Of a stretch of 64,000 nucleotides of DNA, positions 21,380-30,298 are shown piece after piece. Position 1 is the first letter of the stretch. Every line of letters starts with the position of its first letter. The stretch spans positions 7,526 through 71,525 of the forward strand of contig DATDOE010000062.1 in NCBI GenBank assembly GCA_035293405.1, given 5' to 3'. This DNA is from Vicinamibacterales bacterium. GTDB taxonomy: Bacteria; Acidobacteriota; Vicinamibacteria; Vicinamibacterales; UBA2999. The translations under genes and the position numbers were made by a program. Under the pieces are notes generated by a model. The model made no database searches, was not told the DNA's origin, and saw only the letters and a program-made list of their open reading frames with translations.

Positions 21380-22228
21380 ATGACCGTCAAGAGACACGTA
21401 TTCGCGCTCGCGATCCTCGCCGCCATGATGTGTGCGGCGCCGTCGGCACAGCGGCGCGCCGCCGTCACGACGCCGCGCATCTACGCGTTCGAGAACGGCT
21501 CCATCAAGGGACTGGATCCCAAGCTCTTCAACTTCACCCGCGAGGAGCTGAAAGAAGTGGATTTCACCAATACGTCGTACCTCATCGTGCACCCCAAGGG
21601 CACGCTGATGTTCGACTCCGGCGCGGTGCCTGACAGCCACTTCAAAGGTGGCGCACCGGTCACCGAAGGGATCATGTCGGCGACCAAGCCACTCCTGCCG
21701 CAGCTCGCCGCGGCAGGCTATGCGCCGGCGGACATCACGTTCTTCGCGATGTCGCATTACCACTCCGACCACACGGCCAACGCGAATGAGTTCGCCAGGG
21801 CGACCTGGATCGTCCAGAAGGCGGAGCGCGATTACATGTTCGCGGACATGCCACAGGGCATCATCCAGCCGACGCACTACAGCGCGCTCAAGAACGCCAA
21901 GACCAGGATCCTGAACAACGAGGACTTCGACGTCTTCGGCGACGGCACGGTGGTCGTCAAGTCAACGCCCGGCCACACGCCGGGGCATCAAGTGGTGTTC
22001 GTGAAGCTGGCGAAGCGGGGAGGGGTGCTCCTGGCGGGCGATCTCTATCACTACCCCGAGGAGCGCACGACCGGCCGCGTGCCGACGTTCGAGTTCAACG
22101 CCGAGCAGTCCAAAGCATCGCGCGAGAAGGTCGAGGCGTTCATCAAGCAGACCGGCGCACAGCTCTGGATCGAGCACGACATCGCCACCCACGCGACGCT
22201 GCCGAAAGTGCCCGCTTACGTGGAGTAA
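21380..22228 (+). CDS. Secreted N-acyl-homoserine lactonase-family metallo-beta-lactamase
   Basis: SHYHSDH, TPGHTPGHQ, LAGDLYH, WIEHD; signal peptide; AGGAG RBS. Confidence 0.85.
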   Translation: MTVKRHVFALAILAAMMCAAPSAQRRAAVTTPRIYAFENGSIKGLDPKLFNFTREELKEVDFTNTSYLIVHPKGTLMFDSGAVPDSHFKGGAPVTEGIMSATKPLLPQLAAAGYAPADITFFAMSHYHSDHTANANEFARATWIVQKAERDYMFADMPQGIIQPTHYSALKNAKTRILNNEDFDVFGDGTVVVKSTPGHTPGHQVVFVKLAKRGGVLLAGDLYHYPEERTTGRVPTFEFNAEQSKASREKVEAFIKQTGAQLWIEHDIATHATLPKVPAYVE

Positions 22229-22234
22229 TACGAC

Positions 22235-22269
22235 AGGGGGAAGGGGAAAGGGGGAAGGGGGAAGGGGGA
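22235..22269 (+). repeat. Heptamer tandem array (AGGGGGA)x5, left flank of the four-helix-bundle gene
   Basis: AGGGGGA AGGGGAA AGGGGGA AGGGGGA AGGGGGA. Confidence 0.9.
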
Positions 22270-22312
22270 AGAGCCGACCAAGGCTCCAGTCATCCAGTCA
22301 TGAGTTCCGTCC

Positions 22313-22684
22313 CTACCCTCTTGCTCGTCCCAACGAGCCGATCAGGCCGTGCAGCATCCGGCCCACTTCCTCGGCATCCGCAATCAGCATCGACGCTTCG
22401 TCCTCGGTCACAATCTCAACTCTTCTCCCCAACTCGACTTGCGTTTGAAGCTCGTGGCTCGAGCCGGTCGAGTAGCGCAGATGGTGAATGTACTCAGGCG
22501 TGTAGTGGCGGCCGAAACCTTCGGCGATGTTCGATGGAATAGATACACACGACTTGCGTATCTCGTGGCCGAGGACCAACTGGTCGTCGCGACGAAAGCG
22601 GCGCGACATCCTGTAGCACCGTTCCGCGAGGTTCATCGACTTCTGCCAGACGTGAAGCTCGCGGAAGGAACTGATCTTGGTCAT
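22313..22684 (-). CDS. Four-helix-bundle protein (23S rRNA IVP/Avd-like family)
   Basis: SFRELHVWQKSM, IRKSCVSIPSNIAEGFGR, GSSHELQTQV, RMLHGLI. Confidence 0.92.
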   Translation of the reverse strand: MTKISSFRELHVWQKSMNLAERCYRMSRRFRRDDQLVLGHEIRKSCVSIPSNIAEGFGRHYTPEYIHHLRYSTGSSHELQTQVELGRRVEIVTEDEASMLIADAEEVGRMLHGLIGSLGRARG

Positions 22685-22755
22685 GCCGCGATCAATCAGC
22701 AGATCACCTGCCACGCGGAATCACTCGCGTTTGGGCAAGGGTGCAATGAATCAGG

Positions 22756-23826
22756 TCATTTACGTCTTCCCCCTGCCCCCTTCTCCCTTTCCTGCGCGCG
22801 CCGCTGCCGGAAGTATTTGACCTGGTACTCGAGGACGTTGGCGTTGTGCTCCTTCAGCGTCGCCGCGAAGACGTGCGAGCCGTCGTTGCGGCTGACGAAG
22901 TAGAGATGCGGGACGGCGGCCGGGGCGAGCGCGGCTTCGATCGAGGCGCGGCCCGGTGAGGCGATCGGGCCAGGTGGAAGACCGGAGTAGCGATAGGTGT
23001 TGTACGGCGAATCGACGCTCAGGTCTTCCCGCCTGATGTTGCCGTTGTAGCGGCCGGCTTTCATCAGCGCGTAGACCACGGTGGGGTCGGCTTGCATGCC
23101 CATGCCGCGGGTCATGCGGTTGCGGTACACCGCCGACACCAGCGGGCGTTCCTCAGCCTTGGCGGTTTCCTTTTCGACCAGCGACGCAAGCGTCACGACT
23201 TGCCGCGTCGTCAGCGACTGCTCACGCGCGCGCTGTCGCAATGTGTCGTCGTAAATGGCGAGAAACCGTTCCACCATCATCGCCACCAACTGCGATGCGG
23301 GAGCGTGGCGCGACAGGCCATACGTCTCCGGAAAGAGGTATCCCTCGAGGTCGGTCGCCTTCGGGTCGATGTCCTTGGCCAGTGACGCGTCTCCCGCGGC
23401 CTTCACGAAATCCCGCGCGGGACCGAAGCCCCGCGCTTCGTAGACCTTGGCCATCTCGGCGATGGTGAGTCCCTCTGGAAACGTGATGCGATGCGCGTAC
23501 ACATCGCCGGCGGCGATCTTCTCGATGACCGCCAGGGCGCTCATCGGCTGATCGAATCGGTACTCGCCGGCTTTCAACGAGCGCGCGCGTCCCGACCACC
23601 ACAGCGCGGCGCGGAACGTGAGGTCGTCGGACACGACGCCGTGGGAAGCCAGGACGCGTCGAATGTCGGCCGAGCCCGCCCCCTGCGCGATGTCCACGAA
23701 CTGCTCGCTCTCGGGGTAGCCCTTGTACGGCTCGTGAATGCGACGCCACAGATCGGTGGCGTAGAGGCCGCCGACGGCGGCGAGACCAAGAGCGATGAGC
23801 GCGGCGAGGAGCAGGAGCTTCCGCAT
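22756..23826 (-). CDS. mltG: Endolytic transglycosylase MltG
   Basis: LKAGEY, TFPEG, LEGYLFPETY, ASLVEKET, MQADPTVVY, SPYNTY..GLPPGPI. Confidence 0.96.
   Translation of the reverse strand: MRKLLLLAALIALGLAAVGGLYATDLWRRIHEPYKGYPESEQFVDIAQGAGSADIRRVLASHGVVSDDLTFRAALWWSGRARSLKAGEYRFDQPMSALAVIEKIAAGDVYAHRITFPEGLTIAEMAKVYEARGFGPARDFVKAAGDASLAKDIDPKATDLEGYLFPETYGLSRHAPASQLVAMMVERFLAIYDDTLRQRAREQSLTTRQVVTLASLVEKETAKAEERPLVSAVYRNRMTRGMGMQADPTVVYALMKAGRYNGNIRREDLSVDSPYNTYRYSGLPPGPIASPGRASIEAALAPAAVPHLYFVSRNDGSHVFAATLKEHNANVLEYQVKYFRQRRAQEREKGAGGRRK
22766..22794 (-). repeat. Degenerate heptamer array complementary to 22235-22269, within the mltG 3' end
   Basis: Plus strand CT TCCCCCT GCCCCCT TCTCCCT TTCCTG. 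Confidence 0.7.
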
Positions 23827-24254
23827 TACTGTTCGTCGAGGTAGTCCTGCAGGATGATGGCCGCCGCCGCGGCATCGAGCCGCTCCTTCCGGACGCGCCA
23901 GTTTCGTTCCCGCAGTGCGAGCCGGCTTTCCGCCTCACGACTCGTGAGCCGCTCGTCCTGAAGGATGACCGGCAGCGACGTCCGGACACCCAGTTTGGCG
24001 GCGAATGCCTCGACGCGCGGTGTCATGTCGCTCGGAGATCCATCCAGATGACGCGGCAGTCCGACGACGAGCGACGCCAGGCCATCCTCCTCCGACGCGA
24101 GCCGGGCCACCTCGGCGACCGCGCATTCCACCGCATTGCCGTCGAGGCCGGACGTCCGCAGCACACCGACGGGGCGCGCCAGGGTGCGCGTCGCATCGCT
24201 GACGGCCACGCCAATCCGTCGTTCACCAACATCCAGCCCTGCCACGCGCCCCAC
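23826..24254 (-). CDS. ruvX: YqgF/RuvX RNase H-like pre-16S nuclease
   Basis: GLDVGERRIGVAVSD, VVGLP, DERLTS, DAAAAAIILQDYLD; start approximate. Confidence 0.93.
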   Translation of the reverse strand: MGRVAGLDVGERRIGVAVSDATRTLARPVGVLRTSGLDGNAVECAVAEVARLASEEDGLASLVVGLPRHLDGSPSDMTPRVEAFAAKLGVRTSLPVILQDERLTSREAESRLALRERNWRVRKERLDAAAAAIILQDYLDEQ

Positions 24255-24306
24255 GTCGTATAATTCTCGCATTCCTTCCACCTGTTCCGTCCTCCGTTAT
24301 CCAGCG

Positions 24307-25434
24307 GTGGCGCTGATCTGTCTGACGCTGGCCGCCGCCGCGCTGGGTGCGCAGGAGCCTGCCGCCTCGTCCCCTGAATCACAGGCGCGGCGTGTGACCG
24401 AGCGCATTCGCGCCCTGCAACGGGAGGCGGAGCGCCTCGCCGGCGAATCGCGCAACGTGGTCGTTGATCTCCGCAAGCTCGAAATCGACCGCGAGCTGAA
24501 GACCGAACAGGCCAAGCAAGCCGCCACCGCGTCGGCGGAGGCCGAGCGCACGCTGCAGATGACGACCGATCGACTGTCCAGGCTGGAGCTGCAGCGACTG
24601 GCGCAGCTCCCGGACATGAAGGTGCAGCTCGTCGACATCTACAAGCGCGGACGGAGCGGGTATGCACGACTGCTCTTCGGCGCAGGCGACTTGCGTGAGT
24701 TTGCGCGGGCGACGCGGGCGGTGTCGGCGCTGGCGAGCATCAACCAGAAGCGGCTGACCGAGCACCGGCGCACGCTGGACGCGCTTCGCGTGGAGCGCGC
24801 CGCGTTCGCGCAGAAAGCCCACGAGCTTCAGACGCGTGAGGCCGAAGCCAAACGCGCGCGCGCCGATGCGGAACGCGCCATCGCCGCACGCGCGGCGATG
24901 ATCGCGCAGATTGATTCGCGGCGCGACCTGACCGCGCAGTACGTGGGCGAGCTGCAGGTGGCCTACGACAAGATCCAGCTGCAGATCGCCGCGTCCGCCG
25001 AAGGACGGTCGCCCGATGCGGTCGCACTGCCCCTGCTGCCGTTTCGAGGCGCCCTCGACTGGCCCATCGGCGGCGGCCGGCTCAGCAGCCGTTTCGGACA
25101 GGTCGCCGGCCGTCTGGGCGGGAGCGCCGTCAAGAACGGCATCGAGATGACGGCCCCCGAGGAGGCGTCTGTCCGTGCCGTCCATAGCGGGACGGTGGCC
25201 TTCGCCGACGCCTACACCGGCTTTGGCACCCTTGTGATCCTGGACCACGGCAGCAACAACTACTCGCTGTACGGCTATCTCGGCTCGGCCGGGGTGCAGA
25301 TGGGTGACGTTGTGGAAACCGGGGCCGAGGTGGGCCGGGTGGGCCTTTCACCGGCCGGGCCGCCGGCGCTCTTTTTCGAGATGCGGATCGACGGCAAATC
25401 GGTCGATCCCGTACAATGGCTCAAGCCTCGATAA
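24307..25434 (+). CDS. envC: EnvC-like murein hydrolase activator (coiled coil + M23 domain)
   Basis: Long coiled coil, LDWPIGG, NGIEM, LVILDHG, LFFEMR..VDPVQWL; start approximate. Confidence 0.85.
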   Translation: MALICLTLAAAALGAQEPAASSPESQARRVTERIRALQREAERLAGESRNVVVDLRKLEIDRELKTEQAKQAATASAEAERTLQMTTDRLSRLELQRLAQLPDMKVQLVDIYKRGRSGYARLLFGAGDLREFARATRAVSALASINQKRLTEHRRTLDALRVERAAFAQKAHELQTREAEAKRARADAERAIAARAAMIAQIDSRRDLTAQYVGELQVAYDKIQLQIAASAEGRSPDAVALPLLPFRGALDWPIGGGRLSSRFGQVAGRLGGSAVKNGIEMTAPEEASVRAVHSGTVAFADAYTGFGTLVILDHGSNNYSLYGYLGSAGVQMGDVVETGAEVGRVGLSPAGPPALFFEMRIDGKSVDPVQWLKPR

Positions 25435-25492
25435 CCCCCGCTCCCACACCCGACTCCATGGTTGGGACTTGTGGAGTTGGTAGTTGGGAGTC
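25433..25492. repeat. Degenerate inverted heptamer arrays (ACTCCCA / TTGGGAG)
   Basis: Left ..CTCCCAC ACCCGAC TCCA; right TTGGGAC TTGTGGAG TTGGTAG TTGGGAG. Confidence 0.6.
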
Positions 25493-25498
25493 GTTTTC

Positions 25499-26662
25499 AT
25501 GACATCTCGTACACGCCTGTGGGTTCTCGCCGTCTCGACGCCGGTCATCGTCTTCGCGCTCGTGGGCGGCTACCTCGGCCAGGCCATGGCGAAGGACGAC
25601 ACGTACCAGCACCTCCGTGTCTTCGATGATGTCGTCTCCCATGTCGTCAATAACTACGTCGAGGAAGTCGACCTGAAACAGGCCATGCGCGGGGCGATGC
25701 GGGGCCTCGCCGATGCCCTCGACCCGGACAGCGCCTATCTGACGCCGGACATGGTCAAGACCTTGGAAGGCAACACGAGCGCCGGCCCGGCGGACGTGGG
25801 CCTGGAGATCACCAGGCAGTACTACCTGCGCGTCGTCTCGGCGCGCGACGGATCTCCGGCCGCGAAGGCGGGACTCCGGACTGGTGATTTCATCCGCGCC
25901 ATCGACAATCGGCCCACTCGCGACATGTCGGTCTACGAGGGCGCGCGCCTGCTTCGTGGCGCGGTTGGCAGCAAGGTCGCGCTTCTGGTGATCCGGGGCA
26001 ACGCCGCCGATCCGCACGAGCTGTCGCTCGTCCGTGAGCGCGTGGCCGGAACCGACCTGACGTCGCGGATGGCCGACGCCTCCACGGGCTATATCCGCAT
26101 GATCGAGTTCAACAAGGAGTCGCCGGCCCACATCAAGCAGGCCGTCGATGCATTGGCCAGGACGGGGGCCACCCGCTTCATCGTGGATCTGCGCGGCACG
26201 GCGCGAGGCGATCTTGACGACGGCATTGCGACGGCGCGCGTGTTCGTGCGCAGCGGCACGCTGGCGGTGCGGCAGACGAAGACGCAGAAGGACGTGATTC
26301 CGGCGCAGGTCAGCGACGGCGCGATCACCGCCCCCGTCGAGCTGTTGATCGATCAGGGCACCGCGGCCGCGGCCGAATTGTTCGCGTCGGCGCTCGGCGG
26401 CAACGCTCGCGCGGAGCTGGTGGGCGAGCGCACGCTGGGCCGCGCCGCGCGCCAGCAGCTGGTGAAGCTACCCGATGGCAGCGGGCTCTGGTTGTCGTCG
26501 GTCCGCTACCTGACACCGAAGAGCGAAGGCATTCACGAGCGCGGACTCGGACCTGACGTCGAAGTCGATCAGCCCGACGTCGAGTTCGGCGCGGCGCCTC
26601 CCGCGAAGGATGCCACGCTCGACAAAGCCCTCGAACGACTCGCCGAGAAGAAGGCCGCGTAG
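25499..26662 (+). CDS. ctpA: S41 carboxyl-terminal protease-like protein (PDZ)
   Basis: LDPDSAYL, GSPAAKAGL PDZ, DLRG, TAAAAELFA, GERTLG; the usual catalytic Ser/Lys positions read Ala/Arg, so it may be inactive. Confidence 0.8.
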   Translation: MTSRTRLWVLAVSTPVIVFALVGGYLGQAMAKDDTYQHLRVFDDVVSHVVNNYVEEVDLKQAMRGAMRGLADALDPDSAYLTPDMVKTLEGNTSAGPADVGLEITRQYYLRVVSARDGSPAAKAGLRTGDFIRAIDNRPTRDMSVYEGARLLRGAVGSKVALLVIRGNAADPHELSLVRERVAGTDLTSRMADASTGYIRMIEFNKESPAHIKQAVDALARTGATRFIVDLRGTARGDLDDGIATARVFVRSGTLAVRQTKTQKDVIPAQVSDGAITAPVELLIDQGTAAAAELFASALGGNARAELVGERTLGRAARQQLVKLPDGSGLWLSSVRYLTPKSEGIHERGLGPDVEVDQPDVEFGAAPPAKDATLDKALERLAEKKAA

Positions 26663-26761
26663 ATCACGCTTTCCTCCTGCACCTCTCTGAGGTATAACCC
26701 ACGCCGTGATGCGCGCGGGCACACGTGTCGTCACCAGCGTGCGCGCACTGGAGGAAGTCTC

Positions 26762-27034
26762 ATGAACAAGCAGGACCTGATATCCAAGATCGCGAAGGAC
26801 ACCGGTTCGTCCAAAGCGGGCGCCGCGGCCGCGGTCGAGTCCTTGATCGACGGCATCACCAAATCGCTCAAGAAGGGTGACCCGATCACCTTCGTCGGCT
26901 TCGGTACGTTCAAGACGGCGCAGCGCAAAGCGCGCACCGCGCGCAATCCGCAGACGGGTGCCGCGATCAAGATTCCGAAGCGGCGGGTCGTGCGATTCAG
27001 CGTCGGCAAAGCGCTCAAAGCACTCGTCCGCTAG
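26762..27034 (+). CDS. hup: DNA-binding protein HU
   Basis: MNKQDLI, GFGTF, ARTARNPQTG; GGAGG RBS. Confidence 0.96.
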   Translation: MNKQDLISKIAKDTGSSKAGAAAAVESLIDGITKSLKKGDPITFVGFGTFKTAQRKARTARNPQTGAAIKIPKRRVVRFSVGKALKALVR

Positions 27035-27096
27035 GCAGGCGGGGCGGCCGCCGTCCGGGTCGCCCTTCCCCAATCCCCCTAAACCCTTCTCCCTTT

Positions 27097-27105
27097 TGTT
27101 ATACT
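27097..27105 (+). promoter_or_regulatory. Extended -10 element (TGnTATACT) for tRNA-Val
   Basis: TGTTATACT 35 nt upstream of the tRNA. Confidence 0.5.
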
Positions 27106-27139
27106 GAGCGTTCGGTTTTCGCCTGATTTCGCAAGATAC

Positions 27140-27216
27140 AGGCGCGTAGCTCAGTTGGTTAGAGCGCCTCCCTGACACGGAGGAGGTCAGTGGTTCGAGT
27201 CCACCCGCGCCTACCA
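27140..27216 (+). tRNA. tRNA-Val(GAC)
   Basis: AGGCGCG/CGCGCCT acceptor stem, TAGCTCAGTTGGTTAGAGC D-arm, CCTCC-CTGACAC-GGAGG anticodon arm, GGTTCGAGTCC, encoded CCA. Confidence 0.97.
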
Positions 27217-27330
27217 ACCTTCGCTCGCTTTGCGAGCTACGGTTGGCAAGCCAGTCTTTGACAGTACGCGCCGGCTTGTCCGCCGAAGCGCTCCGCGCGA
27301 AGGCGGAAGCAGCGGAGCTGCGAAGGCGGG
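27214..27330. repeat. Palindromic repeat element abutting the tRNA 3' end
   Basis: CCAACCTTCGCTCGC-TTT-GCGAGCTACGGTTGG-CAAGCC ... GGCTTG-TCCGCCGAAGC..GCGAAGGCGGA. Confidence 0.65.
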
Positions 27331-27349
27331 CCTTATAAAATCTCTCTCA

Positions 27350-29311
27350 ATGAGCGACCTCAACATCACGCTACCCGACGGAACGACCCGAAGTGTGCCT
27401 GCAGGTACTTCCGTTGCGGACCTGGCGGCCGAGATCTCTCCTGGTCTGGCCAAGGCGGCGCTCGCGGCGGTCGTTGGCGACACGCTCGTCGATCTCTCGT
27501 ACCCGCTGACGACGGACGCGACGCTCAAGATCGTCACCTCGAAGAACGCGGAAGCGCTTCCCCTCTACCGCCACAGCACGGCACACCTGCTGGCGGCCGC
27601 CGTGACGAACCTCTTCCCGGCCGTGCAGTGCGGTATCGGTCCGCCCACCGACGAGGGCTTCTTCTACGACTTCGTCGTTCCCCGGCCGTTCGTCCCCGAG
27701 GACCTCGAGGCGATCGAGAAGAAGATGCGCGAGCTGTCGGACGCCGACCTGATCTTCGAACGGCAGCTGTGGCCGCGCGACGACGCCAAGCGCTTCTTCG
27801 AAGCTCGCGGCGAGCCGCTGAAAGTACAGCTGATCGAGGAGAAGACCGAAGGCCAGACGGAGGTGTCCGTCTACACGATCAAGGACTCGGAGACGTTCGT
27901 CGACTTCTGTCTCGGCCCGCACGTGCCATCAACCGGCAAGCTGAAGGCGTTCACGCTGCTGACCACGTCAAACGCGTACTGGAAGGGCGATGCGCGCAAT
28001 CAGCCGATGCAGCGCGTGTACGGCACGGCATTCCTCTCCGAGAAGGATCTCAAGGAGCAGCTGACCCGGCTGGAGGAAGCCAAGAAGCGCGACCACCGGA
28101 AGATCGGGCGCGAGCAGCACCTGTTCATGTTCCACGGGTGGGCGCCAGGCGCGACGTTCTGGCTGCCCAAGGGCACGACGCTGTACAACACGTTGTCGAA
28201 CTACATGCGCGACGTGCTCATCCCGGCCGGATACACGGAAGTGAAGGCGCCGATCGTCCTCAACAAGGCGCTCTGGGAGACGTCAGGGCACTGGCAGCAC
28301 TATCGCCAGAACATGTTTCTCGTCGAGTCGGAAGGCGAGCAGATGGGCCTCAAGGCGATGAACTGCCCGGGGCACTTCCTGATGTACGCCAGTGAGGCAC
28401 ACAGCTACCGCGACCTGCCGATCCGGTTTCACGAGCAGACACCGCTGCATCGCAACGAAGCCTCGGGCGTGCTCAGCGGCCTGACACGGGTCCGGCAGTT
28501 CAGTCAGGACGACGGCCATTGCTTCGTCATGGAGTCGCAGATCGGCGAAGAGGTCGAGCGCATCCTGCGGCTGGTCCAGCGGGTGTACTCAGATTTCGGC
28601 ATGAAGCCCGAGATGAAGCTCTCGACTCGGCCGCCGGAGTTCCTCGGCACGATCGAGCGGTGGGATCACGCGGAGGCGGAGCTGAAGCGCGCGCTCGACG
28701 CGGTTGGCGAGACCTACGCCATCAACGAGGGCGATGGCGCTTTCTACGGGCCGAAAATCGACTTCGACGTCGTCGACGCCATTGGCCGGAAGTGGCAGTG
28801 CGCCACCATCCAGTTGGATTACGCGATGCCGGAGCGCTTCGACCTCAAATACACGGGGGCGGACAACGCCGAGCATCGTCCGGTGGTCATTCACCGTGCA
28901 ATTTTCGGCAGCTTCGAGCGCTTCGTCGCCTTGCTGATTGAGCATTTCGCGGGTGCGTGGCCACTTTGGCTGGCTCCCGTCCAGGCGGTCGTCATGCCTA
29001 TTTCGGACCGGCATCGGGCGTACGCCGCCGGCGTACGCGACCGACTGGCCGCGGCGGGGCTGCGGGTCGAACTAGACGACCGGCAGGAGAAGATTGGTTA
29101 TAAGATCCGAGAGGCCCAACTGCAGAAGATCCCGTACATGCTGGTAACCGGCGATCGCGAGGCCGCCGAGGGGGCAGTTTCGGTACGTAGTCGTTCGGCG
29201 GGAGACCTGGGGACCCGGGGGCTCGACACGTTCATCACCGACGCGATCGAGGAGATTCGCCGGAGAGACCAGGCGGGGCCGGCGCCCGTCGCGGAGAAAC
29301 AGCCCGCGTAG
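27350..29311 (+). CDS. thrS: Threonine--tRNA ligase
   Basis: TGS domain, RHSTAHLLA, KRDHRKIG, KAMNCPGH, GAFYGPKID, HRAIFGSFERF. Confidence 0.98.
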   Translation: MSDLNITLPDGTTRSVPAGTSVADLAAEISPGLAKAALAAVVGDTLVDLSYPLTTDATLKIVTSKNAEALPLYRHSTAHLLAAAVTNLFPAVQCGIGPPTDEGFFYDFVVPRPFVPEDLEAIEKKMRELSDADLIFERQLWPRDDAKRFFEARGEPLKVQLIEEKTEGQTEVSVYTIKDSETFVDFCLGPHVPSTGKLKAFTLLTTSNAYWKGDARNQPMQRVYGTAFLSEKDLKEQLTRLEEAKKRDHRKIGREQHLFMFHGWAPGATFWLPKGTTLYNTLSNYMRDVLIPAGYTEVKAPIVLNKALWETSGHWQHYRQNMFLVESEGEQMGLKAMNCPGHFLMYASEAHSYRDLPIRFHEQTPLHRNEASGVLSGLTRVRQFSQDDGHCFVMESQIGEEVERILRLVQRVYSDFGMKPEMKLSTRPPEFLGTIERWDHAEAELKRALDAVGETYAINEGDGAFYGPKIDFDVVDAIGRKWQCATIQLDYAMPERFDLKYTGADNAEHRPVVIHRAIFGSFERFVALLIEHFAGAWPLWLAPVQAVVMPISDRHRAYAAGVRDRLAAAGLRVELDDRQEKIGYKIREAQLQKIPYMLVTGDREAAEGAVSVRSRSAGDLGTRGLDTFITDAIEEIRRRDQAGPAPVAEKQPA

Positions 29312-29343
29312 CACCGGCCGGGGACGACTGGAGACTGACCGAC

Positions 29344-29369
29344 GGAGCCAGACGCCAGGGTCTGACCCC
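29344..29369. repeat. Second REP-like GGGTCTGACCCC hairpin
   Basis: GGAGCCAGA-CGCCAGGG-TCTGACCCC, same core as 19701-19713. Confidence 0.6.
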
Positions 29370-29389
29370 GTAAGATTTCGGAGGACGTT

Positions 29390-30001
29390 ATCGCTTTCGA
29401 TCGCTCGCCCAGACGTGATGACCGCGTTCGCACGAATGAACGCATACGGGTTCGCGAAGTCCGGGTCATCGATGAGACCGGACAGCAGCTGGGGATCATG
29501 CCACCGCCGCAGGCGCTGACCATCGCGCGTCAGAAGGGACTCGACCTCGTCGAGATCTCCCCGACCGCGGTGCCGCCGGTGTGCCGGATCATGGACTTCG
29601 GCCAGTACCAGTACCAGGAGCAGAAGCGGTCTCGCGAGGCCAAGAAGCACCAGCGGGTGATCGAGGTCAAGGAGATCAAGTTCCGGCCGAAGGTCGATGT
29701 GCACGACTACGAGTTCAAGAAGAAGCACATCGAGCGCTTCCTGGCCGAAGGCGACAAGGTCAAGGCGACGATCTTCTTCCGCGGTCGCGAGATGGCGCAC
29801 CCCGAGATCGGGCGGCGCATTCTCGAGCGGCTGATGTCCGAGCTGGCGGACGTGGCTCTGGCCGAAACGATGCCCCGGCAGGAGGGCAATCAGATGCACG
29901 TCATCCTGACCCAGCGGACCGGCCGCAAGAGCGCACCGAAACCGAAAGCGGAAACGTCGGCGGGGCCTCAGGCCGAACCGGACACGACCACGGAAGAGTA
30001 G
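29390..30001 (+). CDS. infC: Translation initiation factor IF-3 (ATC start)
   Basis: GGAGG at 29380 then ATC 29390 in frame with [34 protein letters not shown]. Confidence 0.95.
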   Translation: MAFDRSPRRDDRVRTNERIRVREVRVIDETGQQLGIMPPPQALTIARQKGLDLVEISPTAVPPVCRIMDFGQYQYQEQKRSREAKKHQRVIEVKEIKFRPKVDVHDYEFKKKHIERFLAEGDKVKATIFFRGREMAHPEIGRRILERLMSELADVALAETMPRQEGNQMHVILTQRTGRKSAPKPKAETSAGPQAEPDTTTEE

Positions 30002-30005
30002 ACAT

Positions 30006-30203
30006 ATGCCGAAACTCAAGACACACCGGGGCGCCGCCAAGCGCTTCAAGGTGACGGGGACAGGGAAGATCGTTCGGGGGAGCGCGTTCAAGCGCCACAT
30101 CCTGACGAGCAAGACGACGAAGTCGAAGCGTCACATGCGCGGCACGCGCACGGTCGCGGACGGGGACCTGCCGAAGCTGAAGCTGATGCTTCCGTATAAA
30201 TGA
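30006..30203 (+). CDS. rpmI: 50S ribosomal protein L35
   Basis: [21 protein letters not shown]. Confidence 0.97.
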   Translation: MPKLKTHRGAAKRFKVTGTGKIVRGSAFKRHILTSKTTKSKRHMRGTRTVADGDLPKLKLMLPYK

Positions 30204-30207
30204 ACGG

Positions 30208-30286
30208 TGTAATGCAAAATGCAAAATGCGAAATTCAAGAACGACCTTGAATTGTTTGCATTTTGAATTTTGAATTTTGAATTACA
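30208..30286. repeat. Inverted heptamer arrays (AATGCAA)x4 / (TTGAATT)x5 forming a hairpin
   Basis: TGT AATGCAA AATGCAA AATGCGA AATTCAA ... TTGCATT TTGAATT TTGAATT TTGAATT ACA. Confidence 0.9.
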
Positions 30287-30298
30287 GGGATTCTTCAG

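Noticed and set aside
22313-22684. Diversity-generating retroelement or rRNA intervening sequence
   Set aside because: No reverse transcriptase, TR/VR pair or rRNA gene in the window
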